From Acidimicrobiia bacterium (GTDB lineage: Bacteria > Actinomycetota > Acidimicrobiia > Spongiisociales > JAENVV01), in the NCBI GenBank assembly GCA_041577335.1, contig JBFGJH010000018.1:1-49209 (forward strand): DNA of 49,209 nt, read 5' to 3'. Shown here one piece after another: positions 19,137 to 29,557 of the stretch. How positions within the stretch are numbered: position 1 is the first letter of the stretch; the number at the start of each line of letters is the position of its first letter. Under the pieces are notes generated by a model. That model saw only the letters and a program-made list of their open reading frames with translations, made no database searches and was not told the origin of the DNA. A program made the translations under genes and the position numbers.

Positions 19137-20461
19137 CCGTCGACGAACACCTCGTGCCGAGTCGATTCGGGCTCGAAGTCCGATTGGGACAGGACAGCGA
19201 CATCGAGGAGTGGCTCGCCACCGATACCTCACTCGACAGGCCGGTGCTCGTGCGCATCCTCTCGGGAGCGTCACCCCGTCGTCGCCGGCAGTTCCTGGAC
19301 TCAGTGCGGGCTGCCGCCGCAGTGGCTCATACCCACATCGTGCACATCTTCGAGGCCGGCGATCACGGACCGAACTCGTACTCGGTGTCCGAATGGGCGG
19401 GGGGCATGACACTCGCCGATCGGACTGCTGCACACGAGCCGGTGGGGAGCGACGAGTTCCTGCCCAACGCATCTGGACTGGCATCGGCACTCGCCGCCCT
19501 GCACGCAGCAGGCGCCCTGCACGGCGCAATCGACGAGAGCGCCATCTTCTTCTCTGCCGCCCACCCAGCCAAGCTCGCCGCCTTCGGGCGGCCACCCATT
19601 GCCATGTCCCCCGCCGACGACACGCGCATGTTGGCGGAGACCCTGGAGCGGTCGCTCACCGGCCGGGCAGCCGGTTCTGTCTCTCCCAGCCAGGTCATCG
19701 ACGGATTCGACGCAACGGTCGACACCGCTCTGTCGCAAGCGCAATTGGGCCAAACCGGGGCGCATATGTTGGCGAGCTCGCTCCGCGCAGCTCCCACCCC
19801 TCCCCGGCACCCGTCTCCAGAGTCCAGCTGGTCGTGGCGATGGCTGGTCCCAACCGCAGCGCTGGCGCTCGTCGCAGTCGTGCTGGTCGGCTTTGGAGCT
19901 TCGCTGGTGTCCGGGACTGGAGGCGACAGAAACCTGCCGACTCCCGCAACCACGACCACCCCCAGTGCCACCGAGACACCGGCAACGACCGGCGTCGAGG
20001 CCAACGCCGAGCCTGACTCCGGAGAGGACACGCCATCAGTGAGCCCGGTCAGAGCCGTGGCCTTCGACCCTTTCGGGTCCGACGGCGAACACGACGAGCT
20101 CGAGCATCTGGTCATCGACGGCGACTTCGAAACGGAGTGGAAGACGGAGTCATACTTTGATCCGCTGCCGCGCATCAAGCCAGGCGTCGGGATCGCCGTC
20201 GAAGCCGAGGGGTCTGTTGGAGGCGTGCAGGTCTCAGGCGTGCGCGACGGATCACAATGGTCGCTCATGTGGGCTCCGGAGGTCACCCAGAACCTCGAGG
20301 ACTGGACGCTCATTGCCAACGGCACCGTGCGGGCGGGGCGCTTCGACAGCGACGTTCAGGTTCGCCAGGACGGCGTCTGGCTGATCTGGTTCACCGACCT
20401 CCCCGCATCCAACGAGGGTACATTCGCAACCACCGTCGCCGAGGTACGCTTTCGGCCATGA
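19133..20461 (+). CDS. Membrane-anchored Ser/Thr kinase-like protein, probably a pseudokinase, with extracellular C-terminal domain
   Basis: Kinase-like N-terminus (D.SLDRPV, HTHIVHIFE) but VLVR/HGAI/AFG in place of VAVK/HRD/DFG; one TM helix, Pro/Thr linker; syntenic upstream of ECF sigma. Confidence 0.8.
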   Translation: MTVDEHLVPSRFGLEVRLGQDSDIEEWLATDTSLDRPVLVRILSGASPRRRRQFLDSVRAAAAVAHTHIVHIFEAGDHGPNSYSVSEWAGGMTLADRTAAHEPVGSDEFLPNASGLASALAALHAAGALHGAIDESAIFFSAAHPAKLAAFGRPPIAMSPADDTRMLAETLERSLTGRAAGSVSPSQVIDGFDATVDTALSQAQLGQTGAHMLASSLRAAPTPPRHPSPESSWSWRWLVPTAALALVAVVLVGFGASLVSGTGGDRNLPTPATTTTPSATETPATTGVEANAEPDSGEDTPSVSPVRAVAFDPFGSDGEHDELEHLVIDGDFETEWKTESYFDPLPRIKPGVGIAVEAEGSVGGVQVSGVRDGSQWSLMWAPEVTQNLEDWTLIANGTVRAGRFDSDVQVRQDGVWLIWFTDLPASNEGTFATTVAEVRFRP

Positions 20462-21039
20462 CAGCTGCCCGGGCCGAGGACGATCGGGTCCTCGTTGCAC
20501 GTTTCCTCGACGGTGACCGACGCGCCTTCGACGAGCTCATGGGCGCCCACGAAGACCGCGTGTTTTCGATCTGCCTGAGAGTCATGCGCAACCGGGAAGC
20601 GGCGCTCGACGCCCTCCAAGAGACTTTCATCACCGTTTTCCGAAAAGCGCATATGTACAACGGTGAATCGGCGTTTTCGACGTGGCTCTACCGGGTCGCG
20701 ATGAACACGTGCTACGACGAGCTGCGAAAACGGAAGCGGCGGGCCGCCGACTCACTTCCCGACTTCCACGACCCCTCCGACCCGACATCGCAAGACCCAT
20801 TCACCAGCGCAGAGCTTCGCCCCGAGCTCCACGCCGCACTCAACCAGATCTCACCCGAATTCGCAGCCGCAGTGATCCTGTCCGACATCGAAGGGCTGTC
20901 GATCGCCGAGGCGGCCGAAGTGCTCGACGTGGCGGAGGGCACGGTGAAGTCGCGTGTCTTTCGCGGCCGGCGAATGTTGGCCGACATTCTGGGGAACCAA
21001 ACCAGCTTCTCCGAACGTCACAAGGACGATCATGCATAG
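20458..21039 (+). CDS. ECF sigma factor (SigM/SigT-like position)
   Basis: DALQETF, FSTWLYRVAMN, GTVKSRVFRGR; upstream of anti-sigma and trxB. Confidence 0.92.
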   Translation: MTAARAEDDRVLVARFLDGDRRAFDELMGAHEDRVFSICLRVMRNREAALDALQETFITVFRKAHMYNGESAFSTWLYRVAMNTCYDELRKRKRRAADSLPDFHDPSDPTSQDPFTSAELRPELHAALNQISPEFAAAVILSDIEGLSIAEAAEVLDVAEGTVKSRVFRGRRMLADILGNQTSFSERHKDDHA

Positions 21040-21817
21040 CCACGACCTAGACATCGTTGCCGCCCTGGCCGACGGCTCGCTCGAACCCGAGCAGCATGAC
21101 GCCGCCCGCCGCCTGGTTGACTCGTGTGAGGAATGTCGGGAGGAATTCGCCGCCCAGTCGATGATTCTCGAAGTGCTGAGCGAGCCGGCACCGGCAACCC
21201 TCACGGAACTCGAGCGCGCTCGGCTCCACCAAGCAGTCGGGCGCCTCGATCCGCAGCCGGCCCAACGCAGGGGCTGGCTCATCTGGATGCCTCGCGTAGC
21301 AGTAGCGGCTGCCGCGGTCGCGTTTGTGGGAACGTTCGGCGTTTTGTTCTTCAACAACACCGGCGCCTCCGATGGTGCCCAGGATCTCGGGGCACAAGCC
21401 CAGGTCACCGAGGCGCCCGCCGAAGAGAGCATGCAAGCAGAAGCAGCGACTGCCCTCCAGGCAGAGGAAGCGCCCCTAGCCGCGGCTGACCAAGAGGCCG
21501 CCGCAGATGACGCCGGCGCCGTGAGGGCGAAAGGCGTCATCATCTACGGCGATCTCGGCGAACTTCGTGATCTCGACACCTTGACGCGGGAGGCGTTCTC
21601 CCTTGCGGTGCCCGAGACCATGGCCCTCACCGACGATCAGCAAAGGGACTTTTCATGTCTTGTCGATGCCCAGGTGCTGGGTATCCCAACTATCGCTGCC
21701 CAGGCAACGCTTGACGGTGACCCGGTGGAAGTGTTCGAGGTCGACGAGGAGTTCTTCGTCGTGTTGGCTCCCGATGAATGTGACGAGCTGCCCTTCCCCG
21801 GAACGGGGTCCAAGTAG
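21032..21817 (+). CDS. Membrane anti-sigma factor (zf-HC2-like)
   Basis: ALADG.L......R.LV..CEEC N-terminus, one TM helix, overlaps sigma stop. Confidence 0.8.
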   Translation: MHSHDLDIVAALADGSLEPEQHDAARRLVDSCEECREEFAAQSMILEVLSEPAPATLTELERARLHQAVGRLDPQPAQRRGWLIWMPRVAVAAAAVAFVGTFGVLFFNNTGASDGAQDLGAQAQVTEAPAEESMQAEAATALQAEEAPLAAADQEAAADDAGAVRAKGVIIYGDLGELRDLDTLTREAFSLAVPETMALTDDQQRDFSCLVDAQVLGIPTIAAQATLDGDPVEVFEVDEEFFVVLAPDECDELPFPGTGSK

Positions 21818-21838
21818 CGGGCACTAGGCTTCCGCCTC

Positions 21839-22141
21839 ATGGATGAATTCGCAACAAAGTTTGCTGATTTCCTCGACGAGCGCATTATCAAGCCAGTCAG
21901 AGAAATCACCGACGACCGCGTCAATCGGATACTGGTGCTCACGGTGCTGGGATTGGTGGCAGCGATGCTCCTGCTGCTCGCTGCAGTCTTTGGCACGGTT
22001 GCCTTTTTCCGCTTGCTGAGCAACTACGTGACGGTCACGGCCGCCTATGCGATCTTGGGCGGACTATTTTTGATCGCCGGGGCGTTTGTATGGTCGAAAC
22101 GATTCTCGAAACCCACGACCGAGGACTCCCCGAATGCCTGA
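21839..22141 (+). CDS. Small membrane protein, unknown function
   Basis: Two hydrophobic helices; overlaps trxB start. Confidence 0.75.
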   Translation: MDEFATKFADFLDERIIKPVREITDDRVNRILVLTVLGLVAAMLLLLAAVFGTVAFFRLLSNYVTVTAAYAILGGLFLIAGAFVWSKRFSKPTTEDSPNA

Positions 22142-23060
22142 GAACGTCATCATCATCGGCTCCGGTCCGGCCGGCTACACGGCTGCCCTCTACGCGTCAC
22201 GGGCCAACCTCGAGCCGCTCGTCTTTGAAGGAAGCCAGCGAGGTGGTCAGCTCATGATCACTACCGACGTGGAGAACTATCCGGGATTCCCCGACGGCAT
22301 CATGGGCCCCGACCTCATGGATCAGTTCCGCAAACAGGCCGAGCGCTTTGGCACCCGGCTCGAGACATCCGACGTCAGTCGTGTCGATTTCTCCTCCCGT
22401 CCATTCAAGGTCTGGGTCGGAGAAAACCAGTACGAGTCCAACTCGGTCATCATTGCAACGGGGGCATCAGCCCAGTGGCTCGGTATCCCCGGCGAGGCCG
22501 AGTTGACGGGGATGGGCGTGAGCGCCTGCGCGACCTGTGATGGTTTCTTCTTTCGCGACCGCGAGCTGATCGTGATCGGCGGTGGGGATTCTGCAATGGA
22601 AGAAGCGCTCTTTTTGACGAAGTTCGCTTCCAAGGTGACCATCGTCCATCGGCGGGACGAGTTCCGGGCCTCGGCCATCATGGCGCAGCGAGCGCTCAAC
22701 CATGAGAAGATCGACGTCATCTGGAACACGACGGTCGTTGAGATCATGGGCGAGACCGGTGTCACCGGCGTGCGACTCCACAACGTCGAGAGCGGCGAAG
22801 AGACCGAGATGGCGATCGACGGCGTGTTCGTGGCAATCGGCCACAAGCCCAATACCGACATCTTCGCCGACCAACTACAACTCGACGACAAGGGCTACAT
22901 CGACCTCCCCGGCCGGTCGACCGCCACGTCGGTACCGGGGGTCTTCGCCGCCGGGGATGTCGCCGATACGGTGTATCGTCAGGCCGTGACCGCTGCCGGA
23001 ACCGGTTGCCAAGCCGCCATCGATGCCGAGCGTTGGCTCGAAGCGAATTCAGATCAGTAG
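22134..23060 (+). CDS. trxB: Thioredoxin-disulfide reductase
   Basis: [35 protein letters not shown]. Confidence 0.97.
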   Translation: MPENVIIIGSGPAGYTAALYASRANLEPLVFEGSQRGGQLMITTDVENYPGFPDGIMGPDLMDQFRKQAERFGTRLETSDVSRVDFSSRPFKVWVGENQYESNSVIIATGASAQWLGIPGEAELTGMGVSACATCDGFFFRDRELIVIGGGDSAMEEALFLTKFASKVTIVHRRDEFRASAIMAQRALNHEKIDVIWNTTVVEIMGETGVTGVRLHNVESGEETEMAIDGVFVAIGHKPNTDIFADQLQLDDKGYIDLPGRSTATSVPGVFAAGDVADTVYRQAVTAAGTGCQAAIDAERWLEANSDQ

Positions 23061-23082
23061 AGCGAGAGGATTTCAAGGAACC

Positions 23083-23409
23083 ATGGGAGCGAACACGATC
23101 ACCCTCACCGACGGCGACTTCGACACCGCCATTGCCGGAGACAAGCCCGTCCTCGTCGACTTCTGGGCTGAGTGGTGCGGGCCGTGCAAGGCCGTTGCGC
23201 CCATCCTCGACGAGCTGGCAGTCGAATACGAAGGCCGCCTCTCGATCGCCAAACTGAACATCGATGAGAACCCCCAGAGCCCGGCTTCGCACAGCGTTCT
23301 CGGCATCCCGACGATGATCGTCTTCAAAGATGGTGTCGAAGCCAAGCGAATCGTGGGGGCACGTCGCAAGGACGATCTCGTTCGGGAGCTGGCTGAGTTC
23401 GTCGGTTGA
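23083..23409 (+). CDS. trxA: Thioredoxin
   Basis: VDFWAEWCGPCK. Confidence 0.97.
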   Translation: MGANTITLTDGDFDTAIAGDKPVLVDFWAEWCGPCKAVAPILDELAVEYEGRLSIAKLNIDENPQSPASHSVLGIPTMIVFKDGVEAKRIVGARRKDDLVRELAEFVG

Positions 23410-23445
23410 CGACTCGCATCGCCAACGACAGCCGCTAGCTCGCGG

Positions 23446-24414
23446 ATGCGCCTTTATCGCGTCGGAGATTCAGGAGAGCCGGTCCGGGACATCCAGGACC
23501 GGCTTGCTGCGTTGGGCTTCGCCTTTCAGCCCGACGCTCTCGGCGAGTACGGAGCGGCCACCGATGCTGCGGTCAAGGCCTTCCAAGCCGGGCGTGGCCT
23601 GGCTTGTGACGGGATCATTGGTGCTGACACCTGGCGGGCCTTGTACGAGGCCGGGTACTCGCTTGGCGACCGCATTCTGTACTACCGCCTCCCGATGTTC
23701 CGGGGCGACGACGTCGCCGAACTCCAACGACGGCTCAACGATCTGGGTTTCGATGCCGACAAGGTCGACGGCGTGCTGGGCCCACACACCCACACCGCAC
23801 TCGTCGACTTTCAGTCCAACCGTGGGTTGGCGGAGGACGGAATATGTGGACCGTTGGTCGTCCGAGAGCTCGCCGCGATCACCAGGGGCGATCCCATCGC
23901 CGGTCGGGAGCGGGTACGAGAACGAGAGTGGGTTCGAGGGCTCCCGACGTCGATCGCAGGCACGAGGCTTTACCTCGATCCAGTTGGCTACCCGAACGAA
24001 GTTGGCGGGCCGGCATGGGACTTGGCGCTCTCAGTAGCTCGAGGAATGCAGGCGATGGGAGGCGTGCCCGTGCTCTCGCGGAGTGCCGATATCAGCCCCC
24101 CAGCTCCCACCCGGGCTCGTCGTGCCAACCGGCTCGGTGTCCACATCACGATCTCACTCCAGCCTGCGGTCGAAGAAGAGCCTGCAGTTCACTACTTCGA
24201 GTCAGCGCACAGCCGTTCCGAGGCGGGACACCTGCTGGCCCACGAAATCGCCAGCCGGCTCGGAATCCATACAGCCGGCCGGGCAACTGCCATCCTCAAG
24301 CACACGCGCGCTCCCGCTGCCACCATCGCGACCCACCTGGAAACCACTCGATCCGAAGACATCGTCGATGGGGTATGCGCATTCTTCGAGGAAGCTCGCG
24401 ACGCTCTGGGCTAG
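23446..24414 (+). CDS. CwlM-like protein: two peptidoglycan-binding domains plus degenerate amidase_3 domain
   Basis: GD.GE.V..IQ..L, FQ..RGL..DGI.G twice; R..RAN amidase remnant; synteny after trxA. Confidence 0.82.
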   Translation: MRLYRVGDSGEPVRDIQDRLAALGFAFQPDALGEYGAATDAAVKAFQAGRGLACDGIIGADTWRALYEAGYSLGDRILYYRLPMFRGDDVAELQRRLNDLGFDADKVDGVLGPHTHTALVDFQSNRGLAEDGICGPLVVRELAAITRGDPIAGRERVREREWVRGLPTSIAGTRLYLDPVGYPNEVGGPAWDLALSVARGMQAMGGVPVLSRSADISPPAPTRARRANRLGVHITISLQPAVEEEPAVHYFESAHSRSEAGHLLAHEIASRLGIHTAGRATAILKHTRAPAATIATHLETTRSEDIVDGVCAFFEEARDALG

Positions 24415-24441
24415 CCGGCGCGAGCTGCCAAGACCGCCTCG

Positions 24442-25311
24442 CTATTCGTGTAGGACGCGATATATCCGCTCGAGATCCTCGATCGATGTGAACTTGATCA
24501 CCACTCGGCCCCGGTTGCGGTCTTGTCGGTAGGAGATGTCGACGTCGGCGTTGAGCCTGTCGGTGAGCCGCTGCTCGAGCTCAACGATCGCCGCTGGTCG
24601 CGGCTCACTACTCATAGAGGCAGCAGGCGCCTCGTCCTCGGGCATATTCGCGCGCGCCCGCGCAGCATCCTCGACTTGGCGAACCGACCAGCCTTCCGCA
24701 GCTGCGCGCTTGGCAATGTACTCGGCGAACCTGGCGTCGCTCACTCCTGCCAGGGCCCTGGCATGGCCTGCCGACAGCCGCCGGCTGCTCACGAGGCTCT
24801 GCACCGACGCAGGCAGCGACAGGAGCCGCAAAGCGTTGGTGACCGAGCTCCTGCTTTTGCTCACGCGCTCGCCTACTTGCTGGTGGGTCATGCCAAAATC
24901 TTCCAGGAGCTGTTGGTAGGCTCCAGCTTCTTCGAGCGGGTTCAGATCCTCACGCTGGAGGTTCTCGACGAGCGCCTCGACCAGCGACCCCTCATCGTCG
25001 ACCACCCGTATGACCACTGGCACTTCATCGAGGCCGGCGAGTGAACACGCCCGAAGCCGGCGTTCGCCAGCGATCAGAACATAGGCGTCGCCGTCTTTCC
25101 GCACCACGAGAGGCTGCAGCAGCCCTACCTCGGTGATCGAGGCGGCGAGGGACGCCAAGCCCTCGGTGTCGAAGATCTCGCGCGGCTGCTGCGGGTTCGG
25201 TGAAATACGATCGATGGGAACGATCGCGTAGCCTTCAGACGGAGCTGCCGCGGCCGGGCCTCGAGGGATCAATGTTTCCAGGCCCTTGCCGAGTCCGGTT
25301 CGTCGTGTCAC
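24442..25311 (-). CDS. parB: Chromosome partitioning protein ParB
   Basis: GLGKGL..LIP, NPQQPR, LIAGERRLRA, ENLQREDLNPLEEA. Confidence 0.95.
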   Translation of the reverse strand: MTRRTGLGKGLETLIPRGPAAAAPSEGYAIVPIDRISPNPQQPREIFDTEGLASLAASITEVGLLQPLVVRKDGDAYVLIAGERRLRACSLAGLDEVPVVIRVVDDEGSLVEALVENLQREDLNPLEEAGAYQQLLEDFGMTHQQVGERVSKSRSSVTNALRLLSLPASVQSLVSSRRLSAGHARALAGVSDARFAEYIAKRAAAEGWSVRQVEDAARARANMPEDEAPAASMSSEPRPAAIVELEQRLTDRLNADVDISYRQDRNRGRVVIKFTSIEDLERIYRVLHE

Positions 25312-25321
25312 AGTCGTCCTC

Positions 25322-26125
25322 CTAGTAATCCATGGTGTCGCTGGACGCCACGGCCCGCCCGTGTCGGCGCCGAAACTCACGGCCCAGTTCGCGATACGCA
25401 ATCGCTCCTCGACTCATGGGATCGAATGCTTCGATGGGCTCACCGTACGAGGGCGCTTCCGAAAGTCGCACCGATCGCGGAATGATCGTCCGATATGCCG
25501 TGTCACCAAAGTGGGTTCGAACCTGGTCGACGACGTCCGCGGCGAGGTTGGTGCGTGCGTCGTACATGGTGACCACTACCCCACCGATCACGAGATCAGG
25601 ATTGAGATTCCCCTGCACGAGTTCTATGTTGGCAATGAGTTGGGTAACCCCTTCCAGGGCGTAGTATTCGGCCTGAATCGGGATGAGAACTTCCGACGCC
25701 GCCGTGAGCGCGTTGATGGTGAGAAGCCCGAGCGAGGGCGGGCAATCGATGAGAATGATGTCGTAGCCTTCGATGCCGGACAGTGCCTGTTTCAGTCTCT
25801 GTTCGCGAGAAAACACCGACACCAATTCGATCTCGGCCGCTGCCAAATCAACCGTAGCTGGTGCTATATCGAGGTTGTTAACTGAACTAGGGGTAACTAC
25901 GTCCATCAAATCGACCTTGTGAAGCACGACGTCGTACACGGATGAGGCGATGGCGTCACGATCAATGCCGAGTCCGGACGACGCGTTGCCCTGCGGATCG
26001 AGGTCGATCAGCAGCAGCCGCTCCCCCTGCATCGCCAAGGCAGCACCCAAATTGATCGATGTGGTGGACTTCCCCACCCCACCCTTCTGATTCGCCAAGG
26101 CAACGATGATTGGTGACGACGTCAT
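25322..26125 (-). CDS. parA: Chromosome partitioning ATPase ParA/Soj
   Basis: NQKGGVGKST, DLDPQGN, IDCPPSLG, IPRSVRLSEAPS. Confidence 0.96.
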   Translation of the reverse strand: MTSSPIIVALANQKGGVGKSTTSINLGAALAMQGERLLLIDLDPQGNASSGLGIDRDAIASSVYDVVLHKVDLMDVVTPSSVNNLDIAPATVDLAAAEIELVSVFSREQRLKQALSGIEGYDIILIDCPPSLGLLTINALTAASEVLIPIQAEYYALEGVTQLIANIELVQGNLNPDLVIGGVVVTMYDARTNLAADVVDQVRTHFGDTAYRTIIPRSVRLSEAPSYGEPIEAFDPMSRGAIAYRELGREFRRRHGRAVASSDTMDY

Positions 26126-26742
26126 GTGCGGGTCATGATAAGCAGCCACGAAGGCGGATCAAGTATCTCGACCTTCCTCACTTCTGTGACGAATCCATGA
26201 CGATCGGCCGCCTCTCGACAGGGTTCCAACCCACCCGGTTCCCGCATGCGCGATAGACCGATGACGGCGAACCGGTCTGCCAGTCCGGCAGCAACGTCCA
26301 CGGCTTTCGCCGGCGGAAAAGCCGCCCGCATGGTCACTGCCTCCGCCGCGTCGATTTCGTCGCGAAGCACATCTCGCACCAGCACGACGACATTTTCCAA
26401 CTGGGTCACTCGGACAGCCCGCTTCATCAGATCGGTGCGGCCCACCGACCGGTCTACGACCGTCACCCCGATGTCAGGGTGGGCGATGGCAAGAACCAGC
26501 CCTGGTAGGCCCACCCCTGAGCCAACATCGAGCACGGTCGACGCATCAAGATCGGGTGGCAGGTAGAGCAGAGAATCCGCAATGTGACGGTTCTCCAAGA
26601 TGTCGAGCTCGCCTGGACCTATGCCGCCGGCGGCGTGGGCCTCAGACTTCAACCATGAAATGAGTTTCTCGAGCTGGATGGTCTGGGTCGCAGACCAGGG
26701 CAAGTCAAAGGCGGCGACAACCGCGGCGATATCGGCATGCAC
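26122..26742 (-). CDS. rsmG: 16S rRNA m7G methyltransferase RsmG (GidB)
   Basis: RHIADSL, LDVGSGVGLPGL, VTMRA; synteny with parA. Confidence 0.9.
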   Translation of the reverse strand: MHADIAAVVAAFDLPWSATQTIQLEKLISWLKSEAHAAGGIGPGELDILENRHIADSLLYLPPDLDASTVLDVGSGVGLPGLVLAIAHPDIGVTVVDRSVGRTDLMKRAVRVTQLENVVVLVRDVLRDEIDAAEAVTMRAAFPPAKAVDVAAGLADRFAVIGLSRMREPGGLEPCREAADRHGFVTEVRKVEILDPPSWLLIMTRT

Positions 26743-26761
26743 GGTCGACGATGGTACTCAA

Positions 26762-26800
26762 TGTTTCACGTGAAACCTTCGCGGCCGGTTCACATGAACG
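26762..26800. promoter_or_regulatory. parS centromere site(s)
   Basis: TGTTTCACGTGAAACC at 26762-26777 (15/16 to consensus TGTTTCACGTGAAACA); degenerate GGTTCACATGAACG at 26787-26800. Confidence 0.9.
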
Positions 26801-26812
26801 CCTAGCCAACCT

Positions 26813-27595
26813 CTACGAAGGGCTGATCACGACCGATCGACGGGGCTCTTCGCCTTCCGAGTATGAGGACACTCCCTCGATCTCCTGCACGGCGTCGTGA
26901 ATGACTTTCCGATCTGATGCGTTCATAGGTTCCAGCATGCGCTCCTGGCCATCCTCGATCACTTGCTCGGCAAGGCGGCCGGCATAGATCTTGAGTGCTT
27001 CACGGCGCCGCTCGACGTATCCGGCAATGTCCAGCCGTAGCCGGACACCCTCGTGGGTCCGCCGTTGGACAACGGTCCGAGTCAGCTCGTGGACGGCTTG
27101 GAGAATGACCCCTTTGGTGCCAACCAATGCCTCGGTCTGATCGCCGACGACATTGGCGATCACGGCGTCGCCGTCGACTGACGTCTGGACATCCCCCTCG
27201 AGCCCGAAGGAGTCGAGGAGCCCATTGAGGAACTGGGTGATGACCTCGGCTTGTTCTTCACGGGACACGGTTGACTCCTTCTCAGGCCGGGTTGGCTTTG
27301 GCTTGGGTTTCTTGCTCCCACTGGTGCGGTTCTTATCGGCCGAGCGAGTCGGCTTGGCGGATTCGGTCGTCTCACCCTGTTTGCTCGCCGACTTGGACCG
27401 GCTGCGACTCCGACGCCGTTTGGGTTTGGCCTTGAGCCTCACCACGGCGTCCCTACCACCCATACCGAGGAATCCTCGTTCAGGTTCTTGCAACACCTCG
27501 ACGTCTGCTTGTTCCGTCTTTTCGAGGCCCAACTCTTGCAGACCTGCTTCCACGGCGATCTCAACCGACTTGCCGCGCACTTCGACCCATTCCAC
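26813..27595 (-). CDS. jag: Jag/KhpB RNA-binding protein (Jag_N, KH, R3H)
   Basis: GKSVE.AV..GL, GFLG, LVG.KG..L.A, RKVIH, SEGEEP.R. Confidence 0.92.
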   Translation of the reverse strand: MEWVEVRGKSVEIAVEAGLQELGLEKTEQADVEVLQEPERGFLGMGGRDAVVRLKAKPKRRRSRSRSKSASKQGETTESAKPTRSADKNRTSGSKKPKPKPTRPEKESTVSREEQAEVITQFLNGLLDSFGLEGDVQTSVDGDAVIANVVGDQTEALVGTKGVILQAVHELTRTVVQRRTHEGVRLRLDIAGYVERRREALKIYAGRLAEQVIEDGQERMLEPMNASDRKVIHDAVQEIEGVSSYSEGEEPRRSVVISPS

Positions 27596-27597
27596 GA

Positions 27598-28455
27598 TTA
27601 CTTCCTCCTGCGCCGATTGCGCTTCTTCGCGGAACCCTGAGGTTTTGACGGCCGCGGGGGTTCCGGTTTCTCATTGACCGCAGGCGGAGCTGCGGTAGCC
27701 ACGGGCGTCGGCCGTCCATCGATTCGATAGATGAACGCCATTTGCCCAAAACGGAAGACGTTGGAGGTTGCCCAATACACCACCAGGCCGGCAACGAAGT
27801 TCCACGCAAACACACCGAAGAGGAGGGGCAGTACCTTGGTGATCGTCTGAGTCGCCCGCACTTGCGGATTGTCATCTCGCGCTTGACCCGCCTGCGAATA
27901 GGCCTGCTGGAAGAACTGAGCCGCCACCATGACGAGGATGAAGATGACGTAGGGGATCGAGGCGGTGATTCCTCTCATCACGGAGGATTCCATAGCCGCG
28001 CTGAACGCCGAAGCTGCTGTGGACAGGAGATTCATGCCCAGGAACTCGACTTCACCGCGGGCGATTGCGTCATGGAGACCGCCCGGCGGTACGAACTCCA
28101 AAAGCGTCTCCTCATTCCGGAGCAGTCGGAACAGGGCGAACCAGATGGGCATTTGGATGAGCATCGGGCCCAGACAGCCGGCAGGAGTCGCACCATGCTC
28201 TTTTTGAAGCCGCATCATCTCCTGTTGGAGTTTCTGCGGTTCTTCCTTGTATTCGGCTTGGAGTTTCTTCACCTCAGGCTGCATCGCCGAGAACGCCCGC
28301 GTCGCCCGTGTCTGTTTGAGCGTCAACGGGAACAGCGCCACCGAAACGATGACCGTGAGGCCCACGATGGACCAACCGAAGCTCGGTATGAACTGGTAAA
28401 TAATGGAAAGAATCCAAGCCAAGGGAGTCGCGATGAATCCCAGGAGGTCGTTCAT
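27598..28455 (-). CDS. yidC: Membrane protein insertase YidC
   Basis: QPE.K.LQ..YK, GCL.PMLIQMPIW, GLVVYW..SN. Confidence 0.92.
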   Translation of the reverse strand: MNDLLGFIATPLAWILSIIYQFIPSFGWSIVGLTVIVSVALFPLTLKQTRATRAFSAMQPEVKKLQAEYKEEPQKLQQEMMRLQKEHGATPAGCLGPMLIQMPIWFALFRLLRNEETLLEFVPPGGLHDAIARGEVEFLGMNLLSTAASAFSAAMESSVMRGITASIPYVIFILVMVAAQFFQQAYSQAGQARDDNPQVRATQTITKVLPLLFGVFAWNFVAGLVVYWATSNVFRFGQMAFIYRIDGRPTPVATAAPPAVNEKPEPPRPSKPQGSAKKRNRRRRK

Positions 28456-28682
28456 GCTGCTGTCTCTCGCTCGGGCACCGGATCGTATCCACCGTCATGC
28501 CATGGATGGCAGCGCCCCAAGCGCCTGATGCCCATGCGTACCCCGGCAACAGGGCCGTACTGCTCGACCGCTTCATAGGTGTAAGCAGAGCAAGTGGGGG
28601 AATACCGGCAGTTTCTCCCCAAAAACGGTGATACGACGAGTTGGTAGCCCCGGATGAGAACCAGTGCCCACCTGCGGGTCAT
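28452..28682 (-). CDS. yidD: Membrane protein insertion efficiency factor YidD
   Basis: YQ..VSP....CRYSPTCS.Y, RCHPW..GGYDPVP. Confidence 0.95.
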   Translation of the reverse strand: MTRRWALVLIRGYQLVVSPFLGRNCRYSPTCSAYTYEAVEQYGPVAGVRMGIRRLGRCHPWHDGGYDPVPERETAA

Positions 28683-29017
28683 GAGACGGAGCTCTCTGTG
28701 AGCCCCGAGACCAGTTCTGGATATGGCATGGTCGCTACTTCGGCGGTGGGTATGACCACGTAGTCGGCGGCGGGGAGGTCGGCTTCTCGTGCTGCAGCGC
28801 GAACCCTTCGCTTGATTCGGTTGCGAACCACGGCTGAGCCAACTCGACGCGATACCACCAGCCCCAAGCGGGAGTAGTCATATGGGGATTGAGCGATCAC
28901 GACAGTCAAGCCGGCCTTTCGTATCCGTCGACCCTCCCGGAGGATACGACGGAAGTCAGCGGGGGAGCGGATCGGCTCAGGCGCGCTAGGCGGCGAGCCG
29001 ATGACGACCCTTGCCAC
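28679..29017 (-). CDS. rnpA: Ribonuclease P protein component (start uncertain)
   Basis: [22 protein letters not shown]. Confidence 0.92.
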   Translation of the reverse strand: MARVVIGSPPSAPEPIRSPADFRRILREGRRIRKAGLTVVIAQSPYDYSRLGLVVSRRVGSAVVRNRIKRRVRAAAREADLPAADYVVIPTAEVATMPYPELVSGLTESSVS

Positions 29018-29120
29018 GACGCCGTTTGAGGGTGGCGCGGCCGGCCCGGGTGCGCATTTTCGATCGAAATCCGTGCTTGCGCTTCCGCCGGCGCGTGTTT
29101 GGTTGATAGGTCCGCTTCAT
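28986..29120 (-). CDS. rpmH: 50S ribosomal protein L34
   Basis: [26 protein letters not shown]. Confidence 0.97.
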   Translation of the reverse strand: MKRTYQPNTRRRKRKHGFRSKMRTRAGRATLKRRRGKGRHRLAA

Positions 29121-29154
29121 TGGGAATCTCCCTGAGGAAAACGAGGTGGTGCCA

Positions 29155-29183
29155 AGATTACGAAATGCGGCCGCCTTATGCAA
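29155..29183 (-). promoter_or_regulatory. Putative housekeeping promoter of rpmH
   Basis: TTGCAT-17 nt-TAATCT on minus strand. Confidence 0.55.
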
Positions 29184-29414
29184 AGGCAGCTGGCGTGGTT
29201 ACCACGCCGGTGAGAGCTGCGCACTAGGTCTCCCGACCCAGTTTGGTGCATAAAGCGCGAGAAATACCAGTAGGACGCGAAATCCCGTTGAAGCCCCGAA
29301 ATTGGTCTCCGCGCCCGTCCTCGCGAAATTCACTTCAAGAAAAACAACCGGTACACAGGCGTTTTGCATTCATGCAGACGAAAAATGCATCGGATACGCC
29401 GGATTTTGTCCGTC

Positions 29415-29540
29415 TTGAATCGCCGATTTGGGCGAACCTACACTTCCGGACGGCGCCGGAGGATTGGCCTACGCACTTCCCTTTTCGCTGATCGGCACCG
29501 GTATTGGTTCTCCACAACTTGTGGATAGTCCTGTGGATTG
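29415..29540 (+). promoter_or_regulatory. dnaA promoter with three DnaA boxes
   Basis: TTGAAT-18 nt-TACACT (29415-29444); boxes TTCTCCACA 29508-29516, TGTGGATAG 29520-29528, TGTGGATTG 29532-29540. Confidence 0.75.
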
Positions 29541-29557
29541 ATCGCAGGGAGGGATAT

